From a virus, in IMG/VR virus record IMGVR_UViG_3300027969_003844, positions 41,200 to 105,199 of that record: a DNA stretch of 64,000 bases, one strand, 5' to 3'. The position numbers and the translations under genes are program-made. The notes beneath the pieces are model-generated. The model ran no database searches. It worked only from the letters and a program-made list of their open reading frames with translations, and was not told where the DNA came from. The number at the start of each line of letters is the position of its first letter. Within the stretch, counting starts at the first letter, position 1. Positions 46,785 to 56,614 of this stretch are shown here, piece by piece.

Positions 46785-47006
46785 TCAGTGATAAAGTAAA
46801 CCAATAATGTACACTGTTACACAAAATAAATTCAATGTCCATAGACTTGGTTGTTTCCAAAGTAAACCTACCGCAGTCCACATACAACTACCAAGTAGGA
46901 ACAGTATCTTGTTTAAAGGCACAACGTCAAATGCATTTGCCAATGTTGCTAAAACAATAATTGCTGTAGCAGTCCACTTTAAGTAAAAGTCTAAATTTCG
47001 AGCCAT
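46785..47006 (-). CDS. Small membrane protein (DUF6552-like)
   Basis: LKWTAT, PLN, W..VG.LWKQPSL..LN; three TM segments. Confidence 0.7.
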   Translation of the reverse strand: MARNLDFYLKWTATAIIVLATLANAFDVVPLNKILFLLGSCMWTAVGLLWKQPSLWTLNLFCVTVYIIGLLYH

Positions 47007-47545
47007 GAGTTCCGTGCCTTAGAGTAAAATATGTGACGTCCAATTTGGGTAATCTTTGCATTGGCATCTGCCCAATGTGGATCTTTAATATAGTCAGCAT
47101 GATAAAACAAACTTTTATCTAAGCTTTCTACGCGATAGCCGTGTATAATATCCCAGGCAATACTTTCGCTTTCGGCATACAACGCAGAATTGGGCTTAGG
47201 AAGCTTCTTTTTTAATGTCCAGGAAAATTGTGCTTTAGAATATACCACATCACATATATTCTTACCCCAATATCCGGTCTTCAAACGATTTAAGGTAATG
47301 TGACCAACAGCATATTTGCCAACTCTGTCTTCAACACCTGCTTCGTAATAAATGTTTTTGGCCAAACATTCAAGCTCTTTGTGATCGTATTTTACAGTTT
47401 CAGTTGTCTTGACCACGCGATTCAAGTCTTCAACTTTGTTATTCAGTGACGAAACAGTTTCTTCAATATTTGAAAGCTTGGTTTCGAGCCGAACCATAAA
47501 AACTATAAATGTGGTACATGCTACTCCTATTAGGAACTTGTTCAT
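46991..47545 (-). CDS. SleB/Hydrolase_2 cell wall hydrolase (second copy)
   Basis: CLAKNIYYEAG, AVGHITLNR, QFSW, YHADYI, IGRHIFY; promoter TTGACC-N17-TATACT at 47580-47608. Confidence 0.9.
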   Translation of the reverse strand: MNKFLIGVACTTFIVFMVRLETKLSNIEETVSSLNNKVEDLNRVVKTTETVKYDHKELECLAKNIYYEAGVEDRVGKYAVGHITLNRLKTGYWGKNICDVVYSKAQFSWTLKKKLPKPNSALYAESESIAWDIIHGYRVESLDKSLFYHADYIKDPHWADANAKITQIGRHIFYSKARNSWLEI

Positions 47546-47609
47546 TGGTTACCTCCTGGTAATGGTTAACAATGAACATAGTATACCTTATAACAAGTAA
47601 AAGGTCAAC

Positions 47610-48614
47610 CTAAAAGATTTCTATAAGGTTCTCTTTAAAGATAGTCCAGCAATTGGTCCAGGTCCAATGCTGACTTTGTTTTTCTACAACTTGGCGATCC
47701 AGCTTTAATGCTTCTTGAACCGCAGTTTGAAGATTAGTGTGCATATAACCTGTTACATCTTGTTCTAATATATCAATTGGTCCTGGCACTGGATACGCGG
47801 CCACTGGTGTGCCAACTGCAAGTGATTCAATAATGACTACGCCAAATGTATCATTCACGCTGGGAAATACAAATACATCAGCATTGGCAAAATATGTAGC
47901 AAGTTCTTTACCTGTTTTTGACCCAAGGAATTGCACATCTGGATAACGCTTTTCTAGTTCAGGTCTATATGGACCGTCACCTATTATAATCTTTACAGCG
48001 CCTGGAATATTAATATTGCAAAAATCATCTAGTCCTTTTTCTTTGCTGACACGACCAACGTTAAGTAGATAAATTTTACCAACTTCCGAGTAGTCGTGAC
48101 GTAGACTGCTTTTAAAAATATTTCTGTCAACCCCGCGTGTCCATGGAATAATATCTGAACGGAATCCATGTTCCTGCAATTCATTGACCATGGTCTGGGT
48201 TGTTGTTAGTACTCGTCCGCTGTGTTTATGAAACCAACGCACATACCAATAAGTCCACGATTCCGGAATATGATAAATCTTTTTCATGAATTCCGGAAAT
48301 TTGGTATGATAGCTGGTGTTGTATTTCCAACCCCTACGATCTAACCAGCAACGTGCCGCAAAGCCAAGCGGCCCTTCTGTTGCAATATGAATATGATCTG
48401 CATCAGCTTCTTGAATCCGTTTACCAATGTTCCATGGAAGTGAAAGCTTGACCTCAGGATACCCAGGAGCATCAATATAATTAAAGAGCCCGGGATGAAT
48501 ATAAACAAAAGTACACCCATCATTGTTAGCAATGATTTCCAGGTTCTTAAAGGTTGTAACGACACCATTTATTTGATCCAATAAATTATCAGTGATAATA
48601 AGAATACGTTTCAT
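47610..48614 (-). CDS. GT4 glycosyltransferase (Agt-like glycolipid synthase)
   Basis: ITD...QINGVVTT, IHIATEGPLG, SYHTKFPE, RGVD, VGRVSKEK, VFVFPS..DTFG.VIIESLA.GTPV. Confidence 0.88.
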   Translation of the reverse strand: MKRILIITDNLLDQINGVVTTFKNLEIIANNDGCTFVYIHPGLFNYIDAPGYPEVKLSLPWNIGKRIQEADADHIHIATEGPLGFAARCWLDRRGWKYNTSYHTKFPEFMKKIYHIPESWTYWYVRWFHKHSGRVLTTTQTMVNELQEHGFRSDIIPWTRGVDRNIFKSSLRHDYSEVGKIYLLNVGRVSKEKGLDDFCNINIPGAVKIIIGDGPYRPELEKRYPDVQFLGSKTGKELATYFANADVFVFPSVNDTFGVVIIESLAVGTPVAAYPVPGPIDILEQDVTGYMHTNLQTAVQEALKLDRQVVEKQSQHWTWTNCWTIFKENLIEIF

Positions 48615-48635
48615 ATACACTACTTAATAGTAGTA

Positions 48636-49391
48636 CTATTTTATAGTAGTCCAATTGACAATTTCCCAGGTACCATCATGATGTTCAACTAATGCACTCA
48701 TTGATTCAACCCAATCACCATCGTTCATGTAAGTGATGCCATTGATTTCTTTTATTTCTGCGTGGTGAATATGCCCGCAGATGACTCCATCAAAGTTTCT
48801 TTTCTTTGCATAATCGGTGATTGTGAGTTCAAATTTAAAAACAAAATCAACTGCTTTCTTGACCTTGTGTTTAAGAAATTGACTTAAACTCCAGTAACCA
48901 AATCCCATACGATGACGTATCCAATTGAACCTGCTGTTGACAGATAAAATAAAGTCATAGGCCTTATCTCCTAAGAACGCTAACCAAGGAGCAATTCTAG
49001 TAACACCGTCGAATAAATCGCCATGCGTTACCAAATACTTCTTACCATCTAATCCAAAGTGAGTTGTTTGATTACAAAGCTCAACAAGTCCAAAACTAAC
49101 TCCGTATGGTATCATTGGGCGCAAGAATTCATCATGATTGCCTGCTATGTAAACTACTCTGGTTTTATTCTTCTTGGCAAGACCCAAAATACGTCTAATG
49201 GCAGTTGTATGAGACTGCCTCCATTTTAATTTATTTTGTTGTATTTTCCAAGCGTCGATGATATCGCCTACCAGATACAAGGTGTCTGCGGTGTTGTGTT
49301 TAAGAAAATTATCAAGCTCCTCGGCCTTGCAATCTTTGGTTCCAAAATGGATATCACTTATAAAAATTGAACGGTAGGTTTTAGCTTTCAT
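48636..49391 (-). CDS. Metallophosphoesterase, LpxH/PlcP (phospholipase C) family
   Basis: FISDIHFG, LVGDIID, GNHDE, HGDLFD, CGHIH, NDGDWVES. Confidence 0.88.
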   Translation of the reverse strand: MKAKTYRSIFISDIHFGTKDCKAEELDNFLKHNTADTLYLVGDIIDAWKIQQNKLKWRQSHTTAIRRILGLAKKNKTRVVYIAGNHDEFLRPMIPYGVSFGLVELCNQTTHFGLDGKKYLVTHGDLFDGVTRIAPWLAFLGDKAYDFILSVNSRFNWIRHRMGFGYWSLSQFLKHKVKKAVDFVFKFELTITDYAKKRNFDGVICGHIHHAEIKEINGITYMNDGDWVESMSALVEHHDGTWEIVNWTTIK

Positions 49392-49416
49392 ACACTATTT
49401 ATTGTGCCTCTAAGAG

Positions 49417-49439
49417 AAGAGGAGCATAATGCTCCTCTT
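49417..49439 (-). terminator. Hairpin terminator
   Basis: AAGAGGAGCA-TAA-TGCTCCTCTT inverted repeat with a pyrimidine tail. Confidence 0.65.
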
Positions 49440-49456
49440 TCAGCCTGTGTATAATA

Positions 49457-49615
49457 TTAAATATTTACAACGGTCCAGCGGGGCGTAAATGGCTTACCTT
49501 CGGCCTTGCGTTTTGCAATTTTTGCAAATTCTTCCCTGCGAAGCTGTGCTTGTTTTTCAACATCGTGCTCCATACAGGCCTTGTATAACGCCATTACTAA
49601 CTTTTTCTGTTTCAT
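49457..49615 (-). CDS. 52-aa basic hypothetical protein ([11 protein letters not shown]...), absent from the ORF track
   Basis: GGAGG RBS; ATAAGTA motif upstream. Confidence 0.7.
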   Translation of the reverse strand: MKQKKLVMALYKACMEHDVEKQAQLRREEFAKIAKRKAEGKPFTPRWTVVNI

Positions 49616-49720
49616 AATAGTTCCTCCGACTAATCTGGCATAATTATTATGCTAGTCAATTACTTATTAAAAATACAATAAAAAACAAGTACCTTAGTTG
49701 TACTCGACGAACCACTACAT

Positions 49721-50980
49721 TTACCAATTATTCTTAATGTCTTGTATTGCATCCAATACTGGCTTGTTCAAAATAAATTGGTCTTCAATAAAATATCTAT
49801 GTTGAAGCTGTGCAATGAAATGCCGTTGATTGTAATCACAAATCTCTGACATTTCATTTCTAATCTTAATTAATGCAGCCGGGCCCTTTTCTTTCAGAGA
49901 CTCTAAATTTTTACAAATTATTTCTACTTTTTCTTGAATGGTGTCGTAATCATCATACGACTCATCTATCCATTGATCAAATGTTTTATAACCAAGATCT
50001 TTTAATCTTTTCAACAGTCCCTTGTTTCCTAGAATTATAAAAGGGTGTCCATGCAGTATTGCCCTCATTGTTTTTTCTGTAATGAATATTGAGTTATTAA
50101 AAGTAGTTGTTTCGGTGATCAATGATATGAATGTTTTTTTGTATAAGGAACTATCAACATTAAAATGAGGAACGTTCAAATCACTATTGTCAACATCAAC
50201 AAAGAGTTTTCCTATACTTTTAATTTCTTCTGCATTTTTTAAAATATCTGCTGGCGGCGCCAATGCAGTTAACTCTTCAAAACAATGTTGACTATCTATA
50301 CACTCCATGTTAAAACTGTTTTGTCCATCATCAAATAAATTTTTTGATCTGAGACTTGCCAACAAGTAAAGACGATGAGTCCTTGGCGTTCTGTTTAGAT
50401 TAATGTATAAAAATTTGTCTGCTGGTTCAAATTCTAGTGTAGTATAGTCACTTATATCTTTTTCTATATTAAGTATTGTCCATCCCTCAAATGTGAATAA
50501 GGGGACTACGTGGTATTTGACTTTATCAGACTTGATATCGTTTGATATAAGATTTCCATTAAAGTAATATACATTTGTAGGAGGCAATCCTGCATCATTT
50601 ATCCAGGTTTGGATAATATCTAGATCGTCTTTGAATTTTTTGTCATTGCCACCTGAGAAACCTTCGCCTGCTACATTTATTATAATTTTTGCTTTGTTAT
50701 TTTTTACATCATCTAATACTTGTTGCGGCAATCGTTTAAAACCAACATTTTTATGATTTCTTATAAAATTACAATTGTAGCCATTTATAACAAAGAAGTA
50801 TTTTTCTTCTTTGCCTATTTGCTCTAACTTTTTATAATTTTCTTGAACCGCTAAATCTATAATTGGTTTACGAAGTACATAATTTGAAAAGTTCCATTCA
50901 TGTGTTCCAACAAGATAGTTGCTCTTCGTAAAACTGTCTTGATCCTCTAAAAGAAAAATTAATTCCTTATAAAACTTCAT
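49721..50980 (-). CDS. Glycosyltransferase-like protein (GT-B, FITEKT type common in large phages)
   Basis: [33 protein letters not shown]...IDESYD. Confidence 0.7.
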   Translation of the reverse strand: MKFYKELIFLLEDQDSFTKSNYLVGTHEWNFSNYVLRKPIIDLAVQENYKKLEQIGKEEKYFFVINGYNCNFIRNHKNVGFKRLPQQVLDDVKNNKAKIIINVAGEGFSGGNDKKFKDDLDIIQTWINDAGLPPTNVYYFNGNLISNDIKSDKVKYHVVPLFTFEGWTILNIEKDISDYTTLEFEPADKFLYINLNRTPRTHRLYLLASLRSKNLFDDGQNSFNMECIDSQHCFEELTALAPPADILKNAEEIKSIGKLFVDVDNSDLNVPHFNVDSSLYKKTFISLITETTTFNNSIFITEKTMRAILHGHPFIILGNKGLLKRLKDLGYKTFDQWIDESYDDYDTIQEKVEIICKNLESLKEKGPAALIKIRNEMSEICDYNQRHFIAQLQHRYFIEDQFILNKPVLDAIQDIKNNW

Positions 50981-51597
50981 ACTCGTTTTAACATAACACT
51001 ATCAGCTAAACCATATGCAACTGCTTCATCGGCTGACAGGAACGTGTCAAACTTCATGGTCTCAAATAATTCTTCGTATGTTTTTCCTGCTGTGTTATGA
51101 CGTACATATAACTCTGTCAGACGTTTGTTGATACGAACACTTTCTTCAAAACTGCGCTTTGCATCTTCAAATTGAAGATCTTGTACATGAACACTACCGC
51201 TGGTACCGCGTGTGCCGGAACTGACACGATGAATCATAGTACGGCTTTCTGGCAGTACAAATCGCTTGCCCTTTGCACCTGATTGTGCCAAGAATGAACC
51301 CATGCTGGCTGCTTGACCCATGACATAAGTTGCCACATCAGGTTTGATAAATTGCATGGTGTCATAAATTGCAAGACCAGCAGTAACGCTACCGCCTGGA
51401 CTGTTTACAAACAATGTAATATCACGATCAGGATTTTCTGCTTCAAGGTAAAGTAGTTGAGCCACAATCATATTGGCCATTTGATCATGCACTTCGCCTT
51501 CTAGCATAACAATGCGTTCTTTCAGCAATCGACTATAGATGTCATATGCACGTTCACCGGTTCCGGTCTTTTCAATAACCATTGGTACTAAACTCAT
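50977..51597 (-). CDS. clpP: ATP-dependent Clp protease proteolytic subunit
   Basis: [30 protein letters not shown] (catalytic Ser), MIH. Confidence 0.96.
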   Translation of the reverse strand: MSLVPMVIEKTGTGERAYDIYSRLLKERIVMLEGEVHDQMANMIVAQLLYLEAENPDRDITLFVNSPGGSVTAGLAIYDTMQFIKPDVATYVMGQAASMGSFLAQSGAKGKRFVLPESRTMIHRVSSGTRGTSGSVHVQDLQFEDAKRSFEESVRINKRLTELYVRHNTAGKTYEELFETMKFDTFLSADEAVAYGLADSVMLKRV

Positions 51598-51854
51598 TTT
51601 TTTCCTTTTCGTTGTTTATTTGTTACTAGATGCCAAACAAAACATGCATGAGTATCATCCCATGACACATCTTCAGTATAAAGAGGTATTTCCCAATGGT
51701 TTAATATTGCATTTGCAACTAACATTAAACTTTCAGGATAGTCTTTGTAAGGAGTTAGGCCAGCATACCAAGCATCGCAGAAGATATCCCAGTACACTGG
51801 ATCTACGTGTTGCAGAAATTCTTCAATTTCTGTAGATTCGTTAACAGTTATCAT
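51594..51854 (-). CDS. Hypothetical protein, probably leaderless
   Basis: ATG 6 nt after TTGCAA-N17-TATAAT (51861-51889). Confidence 0.6.
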   Translation of the reverse strand: MITVNESTEIEEFLQHVDPVYWDIFCDAWYAGLTPYKDYPESLMLVANAILNHWEIPLYTEDVSWDDTHACFVWHLVTNKQRKGKK

Positions 51855-51879
51855 TGTTTGATTATATGATAACTGTCAA

Positions 51880-52227
51880 TCAATTGCAACGAACTTCTTC
51901 CCTAATTGTTTGTCCGTATGCGTCCTGATAAATGTAACGCATACAATTTGCTGGAAGTGGATCAGATGGTTGTACATAGATTGCTGGCGGCTGTGGAGGA
52001 GTGTACACTGTTACTGGAGGACGATTTAATTCATATCCAATCATACCGCCAATGACCAAGGGAGCAACCCAGCGACCGTTGTTCCAATAACCACGATGAC
52101 TATGATGGTGAGCCACTGGTCCACGATAAGCATAACCACCGTGTCCACCATAACGATGGTTACCTGCTTCTGCAGAGACAGAAGTTGCCGCTGTCACTAA
52201 AGCCACAATTGCTAAAATATTCTTCAT
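51880..52227 (-). CDS. Secreted His/Gly-rich, Pro-rich small protein
   Basis: Signal peptide, GGHGG/HHHSH, WVAPLVIGGMIGY, PPQPP, C-terminal Cys pair. Confidence 0.75.
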   Translation of the reverse strand: MKNILAIVALVTAATSVSAEAGNHRYGGHGGYAYRGPVAHHHSHRGYWNNGRWVAPLVIGGMIGYELNRPPVTVYTPPQPPAIYVQPSDPLPANCMRYIYQDAYGQTIREEVRCN

Positions 52228-52269
52228 TTTACTGGTCCTTTCTTACTGGATCAACATGATCCTTTAAAG

Positions 52270-52315
52270 TATTTATAGTATACATATAACGCCTAAGATT
52301 GTCAAGTGGTTTACA
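52270..52315 (-). promoter_or_regulatory. Stacked promoters: ECF-like TGTAAAC-N17-CGTTATA, sigma70 TTGACA-N17-TATACT and T4-late TATAAATA
   Basis: ECF-like 52285-52315; sigma70 52277-52305; TATAAATA 52270-52277. Confidence 0.6.
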
Positions 52316-52322
52316 GGACCAA

Positions 52323-52643
52323 TTATATCTTAAAACTTTCCCCACATCCACATCGATTACGCTCGTTTGGATTGATAAAGTCAAATCCCTCGTTGAGTCC
52401 TTTTCTTACATAATCTACAGTCATACCAGTCAAGTAAATGGAACTTTTAGGATCAATACAAACCGTAAATCCGTTAAATTCCGAAATCTTGTCGTCTACA
52501 TTTAAAGTATCTACATATTCTAGTACATAGGATAATCCCGAACATCCTGTGGTTTTAACACCAATACGAATTCCAATACCAGACCCACGTCTGGTTAGCA
52601 TGGACTGTATCTTCTGTGTGGCTTTTTCAGTTAACTGAATCAT
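52323..52643 (-). CDS. iscA: Fe-S cluster assembly protein IscA
   Basis: GVKTTGCSGLSY, FINPNERNRCGCGESF. Confidence 0.95.
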   Translation of the reverse strand: MIQLTEKATQKIQSMLTRRGSGIGIRIGVKTTGCSGLSYVLEYVDTLNVDDKISEFNGFTVCIDPKSSIYLTGMTVDYVRKGLNEGFDFINPNERNRCGCGESFKI

Positions 52644-53016
52644 GTTTCTTTTTGTAATCCTCTACTGCGGCTTTAATTGCATCTTCTGCTAGAATTGAAC
52701 AATGTATCTTAACTGGAGGTAAGGCTAGTTCTTCGGCAATCTGGCTGTTGCGTATATTAGAAGCATCATCAATATGCATCCCACGAACAAGTTCTGTAAC
52801 CAACGAACTACTAGCGATGGCTGAGCCACAGCCATATGTCTTGAAACGAGCGTCTCTAATAATACCATTTTCATCTACCTTTATTTGTAATTTCATTACG
52901 TCGCCACAGGCTGGTGCGCCGACCATACCAGTACCAACACCCTCTTCATCTTTTCCAAAACTACCCACGTTGCGGGGGTTTTCGTAGTGGTCTACCACTT
53001 TGTCGCTGTATGCCAT
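52627..53016 (-). CDS. iscU: Fe-S cluster scaffold IscU
   Basis: DHYENPRNVG, GAPACGDVM, FKTYGCGSAIASSS, LPPVKIHCS. Confidence 0.97.
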   Translation of the reverse strand: MAYSDKVVDHYENPRNVGSFGKDEEGVGTGMVGAPACGDVMKLQIKVDENGIIRDARFKTYGCGSAIASSSLVTELVRGMHIDDASNIRNSQIAEELALPPVKIHCSILAEDAIKAAVEDYKKKHDSVN

Positions 53017-53040
53017 AGTATTCTCCTGGTAAGCATATAT

Positions 53041-53934
53041 TTATGTATTAACGTATTCTAAATTGGTTTGCCATTGGATAGTAAAATTATTTTGGCTTTT
53101 ACTAGTGGAACAGGTCCTTGTACACATGGCATTTGGAGTAGTCGACTCCCAACTGGCCCTGATGTTTTCAAACTTTTCAATTCCAATACTACGACCAGTT
53201 CCTAGCCAACAACATGGATGAGTTCTTCCAGTAGCACTGATATAAATGCTTTTATCTCTAATTGCTTGGCATACAATTGTGCCATTTATAATTGGTTCAG
53301 GTGCTTTGTATCCCGATGGCGGCTTTATGTGTTCAAGTTCAATCAATGAAAATCGTTTACTAATTTTGGTACTGAATTTTGAAAATCCCATCAGCTCTGC
53401 TAGTTCTTTTGCTGTTTCAACTTGATGTTGGTTATGTTCAAATACAATCATGTCCCATTCGGCACGGCCTCCAGAAGAGATATATGCCATGGCGTTTTCA
53501 ATTATCTTGTTCCATTGTGTGTTTACTCGATAAAGGTGATTTGTATCTTCTAATCCGTCTATACTCCAAACCACATAGTCCCACGGTCTATAAAATAGTT
53601 TGGCAATAGACTTCCACCATTCTGGAGTCCTGACACTGCCATTGGTATGAAGTCCTAGCGTGACTTCTGGGTTAACTGAACGAATATATTCCATGAGTTC
53701 AACAGTTGTTGATCCAGCCGCTGGGTCTCCATAATTCCCACACATAAACACACGTTCAAGATTGCGAATGGTATCTTCACTGACTATGCGTTTAAATTGA
53801 TCAACTGACAGATGCCTAGGCCTATCATTAAATTCAGGATCAATATTACGGGCACATTGCGGACAAGATGCATTGCATACATTAGTTGGTTCAATATGTA
53901 ATACTTTTATTTCGTAATCTACTATTGGATTCAT
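53041..53934 (-). CDS. Radical SAM protein with C-terminal twitch/SPASM domain
   Basis: CNASCPQC, CGNYGDP, HTNG, SIDGL, C...PCCW...CTRTC; start MNPIV. Confidence 0.9.
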   Translation of the reverse strand: MNPIVDYEIKVLHIEPTNVCNASCPQCARNIDPEFNDRPRHLSVDQFKRIVSEDTIRNLERVFMCGNYGDPAAGSTTVELMEYIRSVNPEVTLGLHTNGSVRTPEWWKSIAKLFYRPWDYVVWSIDGLEDTNHLYRVNTQWNKIIENAMAYISSGGRAEWDMIVFEHNQHQVETAKELAELMGFSKFSTKISKRFSLIELEHIKPPSGYKAPEPIINGTIVCQAIRDKSIYISATGRTHPCCWLGTGRSIGIEKFENIRASWESTTPNAMCTRTCSTSKSQNNFTIQWQTNLEYVNT

Positions 53935-53963
53935 TACTGTACTTAATGAAAAAGTTTGGGGTA

Positions 53964-54317
53964 TTAACCCCAAACTTCTTGGTATTTGGCTAGAGCAGTA
54001 GCCCTAGCCTGTTCTAAACGATTTAGAACATATCCTGACAAATTATCATTATCGTTATCTACATCAACTGTAACAAGTTTGGTTAGATCTCGTCGACGAT
54101 AGCCTGTAATTAAACCATCATCGTCAATTTCATCTTCATCGTTGTCGTCGATGTAGAGTAACGATAGCTTTGTAGGATTACTTCTTAGGAGCTTCTGTCT
54201 TAGTATCTGCTGGTTTAGCAGTTTCACTTTTGACAGGCTTGGCTTCAGCTTTCTTAGCGTCTTTTTCAGCTTTCTTTTCAGCTTTCTTTTCAGCTTTCTT
54301 TTCAGCTTTCTTCTCAT
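53964..54317 (-). CDS. ORF overlapping the upstream gene in the +1 frame: basic (RKLK)n head and acidic C-terminal domain
   Basis: C-terminal ~65 aa look protein-like and fill the gap, but there is no start codon outside the upstream gene. Confidence 0.5.
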   Translation of the reverse strand: MRRKLKRKLKRKLKRKLKKTLRKLKPSLSKVKLLNQQILRQKLLRSNPTKLSLLYIDDNDEDEIDDDGLITGYRRRDLTKLVTVDVDNDNDNLSGYVLNRLEQARATALAKYQEVWG

Positions 54318-54468
54318 CAACAACTGCTGGTTTAACTGCTGGAGTAGCTGTTGCAGGTGCTGTTACTGCTGGGGCAGGTGCGGCTGGTGCAGTAGGAGCC
54401 TTGGCTGGTTCAGCGGCAAAGGCAGAAGCGGCAAACAAAGTTGCGATTAGAGTTGCGATCGTTTTCAT
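54178..54468 (-). CDS. Secreted Ala/Pro/Lys-rich low-complexity protein
   Basis: Signal peptide (AFA-A), PAAPA and (EKKA)n repeats; AAGGA RBS. Confidence 0.8.
   Translation of the reverse strand: MKTIATLIATLFAASAFAAEPAKAPTAPAAPAPAVTAPATATPAVKPAVVDEKKAEKKAEKKAEKKAEKDAKKAEAKPVKSETAKPADTKTEAPKK
54263..54310. repeat. 12-bp tandem repeat TTTTCAGCTTTC x4 (encodes EKKA / RKLK)
   Basis: Four exact units read directly. Confidence 0.95.
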
Positions 54469-54520
54469 AGTATTTCCTTAAAGTTTAGAAATTGCACAAA
54501 CATTATTGTCTGTGTACTAT

Positions 54521-54551
54521 TATAACGCCTAGGGTTGACTTAAAGTTGACA
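54521..54551 (-). promoter_or_regulatory. ECF-sigma-like promoter TGTCAAC-N17-CGTTATA
   Basis: Shares TAGGCGTTATA and AAC-N17-CGT with 52285-52315. Confidence 0.5.
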
Positions 54552-54794
54552 CAATCCGGACAATTTGAGTAACGCGGCAACTTCATCTTCTACGTCGGAC
54601 CAAATATCAACAGTAATACTGTGTGAATGCATTGGTCCATTGGTCCAGTACATTTGGTCTGTGGTAATTTTAAATTCTTCCACCACTCGTCGTCCTTGAG
54701 GTTTTTGTGTCCAATCCCATACCGCCGCTGCCGCGTAAATTTCTACATCAGCCGGATCACCAAGAGCCAGATTAACTAATTTTACTCGTCGCAT
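54540..54794 (-). CDS. Hypothetical protein (start MRRVK)
   Basis: LGDPADVEIYAA..VWDW motif. Confidence 0.65.
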   Translation of the reverse strand: MRRVKLVNLALGDPADVEIYAAAAVWDWTQKPQGRRVVEEFKITTDQMYWTNGPMHSHSITVDIWSDVEDEVAALLKLSGLCQL

Positions 54795-55102
54795 TTTATC
54801 ACCAATTTGGCCATAACTAGATCTTCTCGGCAACTAAACCCAATGGCCAGCTTATAAACCCGTTCAAATGATCTGTGGTCATACATTTCGCCTGTCTGGG
54901 CGTTGACAACCTCAATGTTGTGTTCTTGTAGTTCAGCAACTGCCTGTTGTAAAACGGCTCGGATGTGTTGTTTCAGCTGAATAAAGTCGTTGCCCGAATC
55001 ATCATCGTACGAAACAAATGTTTTATAAACTAGCCAATGATCAGTCTTGACATCATTACGCCATGGACCTGCTGGCAAACCGTTAGGTGTTGCAATCGCC
55101 AT
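54782..55102 (-). CDS. Hypothetical protein
   Basis: 106 aa, translationally coupled. Confidence 0.65.
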   Translation of the reverse strand: MAIATPNGLPAGPWRNDVKTDHWLVYKTFVSYDDDSGNDFIQLKQHIRAVLQQAVAELQEHNIEVVNAQTGEMYDHRSFERVYKLAIGFSCREDLVMAKLVIKCDE

Positions 55103-55332
55103 TATTCTAAGGTTTGACGTTTGACGATTGAAGCAATGGTGCTAATAAAAATTCCCACTGATACACACCATGTACCTTGCAGTATCCAAAACATACTATC
55201 GTCTTTGCCCCAATATTCTAATACGTAGATTTCTGTACCAATTGCAAGTCCAATTAAACCAAACAAGAATACTAGGCCAGCAAATTGAAAGATTCTGTTT
55301 AATGCTCGTGCTTCTGCCGCCATATTACGCAT
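55102..55332 (-). CDS. Small two-TM membrane protein
   Basis: Two hydrophobic segments; AGGAG RBS. Confidence 0.65.
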   Translation of the reverse strand: MRNMAAEARALNRIFQFAGLVFLFGLIGLAIGTEIYVLEYWGKDDSMFWILQGTWCVSVGIFISTIASIVKRQTLE

Positions 55333-55546
55333 CAACAGTTTCTCCTGTTTCAGAAGCGCGATGCTGAACAATGTAATTTGCTTTAGGAAATGCAAGACGC
55401 ATGGCCTTATCCATTTTGCGCTCTAGCTCTTCTCTACGATTGGCCTGCATTATATGTTCTTCGGTATCAGAACGCTCAGTGTCTTGCCAATGACCAATCC
55501 ACTTTCCGTTTTCTTTCTCTACACTAACTTTGATATGTACAATCAT
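55325..55546 (-). CDS. Hypothetical protein
   Basis: GAGG RBS; promoter TTGACC-N17-TATAAT at 55570-55598. Confidence 0.65.
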   Translation of the reverse strand: MIVHIKVSVEKENGKWIGHWQDTERSDTEEHIMQANRREELERKMDKAMRLAFPKANYIVQHRASETGETVDA

Positions 55547-55594
55547 ACAATTACCTCTCTTATTGATTAATTATAAACAATTTACTTGATAAGG

Positions 55595-56515
55595 TCAACG
55601 TTTTTGTAAACCAAAAAATTCAATTTCTGGTTCATCATAAAACTCAATCTTCTTCAACACTGATTTACTAGTTATGTAATTCATATAATCTTTAAGATGC
55701 CCAGCAACAACTTTGGTTCGTATTTCCTTTGTCGGACTTCCTAATACAATGATATCAAATTGCTGATTCCCTTGCCGTATGCCCATGTTGATGCAAAATC
55801 CAGCTGGGTTAGTAAATCCGGTTTTACCTATGCGTATGTCATACTCGCCTGCAAAAATATTTGTATTTCGAATTGCTATTTGTTGCCACATACCTTTGTT
55901 ATTTTTTACATGAATATTTGCGGTCCTGCTCATTGCAGAATCTGAAAATACACTGTATTTAAAAAGTTCTTTATTTAAAAGATGCAAGTCCCATACTGTA
56001 CTGGTGTTGAGCAATAATCCAGTGGGCTCAATATAATGTGTATCAAGCATTCCAATGCGATGCGCTGTTGAATTCATTTTTGCAACAAACCCATCGTAAC
56101 CGGAGATATCGTTTAGTGCCAAAGTTTTTGCCGCAAGATTGTCGCTGGCAATTAAACTTAATTCTATTAATACCTGTCTTGATACTTTCATACCAGACCG
56201 TAATACTCTACTGGTTTCAATTTTCTGTGGCTGAATAGTGAGCATTTCGTTTAGGTTGGCCTGACTTTCTAAGACAACATACACTGTCATTAACTTAGTA
56301 ATACTAGCAATGGGCAATACTTTGTGTACGTTGATTGTTTCTTTATAAAGATTACTGGATCGATCGTACAACATGATTGCCTGAACTGCGTCTTGTTGCT
56401 GTGGTATTGCGGCTTTTTTGTTAGTTTTTGCTATTGCAATTGATGCAGTCAAAAGAAAAGGTATAACCAATAAAATGATTAATTTTTTACTGGTTATACC
56501 CTTTAATATATGCAT
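55595..56515 (-). CDS. Peptidase S11 D-Ala-D-Ala carboxy/endopeptidase (PBP7-like)
   Basis: Signal/TM; SITK (SxxK), SDN (SxN), KTG. Confidence 0.9.
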   Translation of the reverse strand: MHILKGITSKKLIILLVIPFLLTASIAIAKTNKKAAIPQQQDAVQAIMLYDRSSNLYKETINVHKVLPIASITKLMTVYVVLESQANLNEMLTIQPQKIETSRVLRSGMKVSRQVLIELSLIASDNLAAKTLALNDISGYDGFVAKMNSTAHRIGMLDTHYIEPTGLLLNTSTVWDLHLLNKELFKYSVFSDSAMSRTANIHVKNNKGMWQQIAIRNTNIFAGEYDIRIGKTGFTNPAGFCINMGIRQGNQQFDIIVLGSPTKEIRTKVVAGHLKDYMNYITSKSVLKKIEFYDEPEIEFFGLQKR

Positions 56516-56528
56516 TCTTTTTCTTATC

Positions 56529-56604
56529 TGGCGCGGCTAGCAGGAATCGAACCCACATCGTACGGTGTAGAAGACCGTTGCCTTATCCATTAGACCATAG
56601 CCGC
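56529..56604 (-). tRNA. tRNA-Arg(TCT)
   Basis: GCGGCTA...ACGGT-CT-TCT-AC-ACCGT...GGTTCGATTCC...GCCA. Confidence 0.95.
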
Positions 56605-56614
56605 AAATTTTGTT

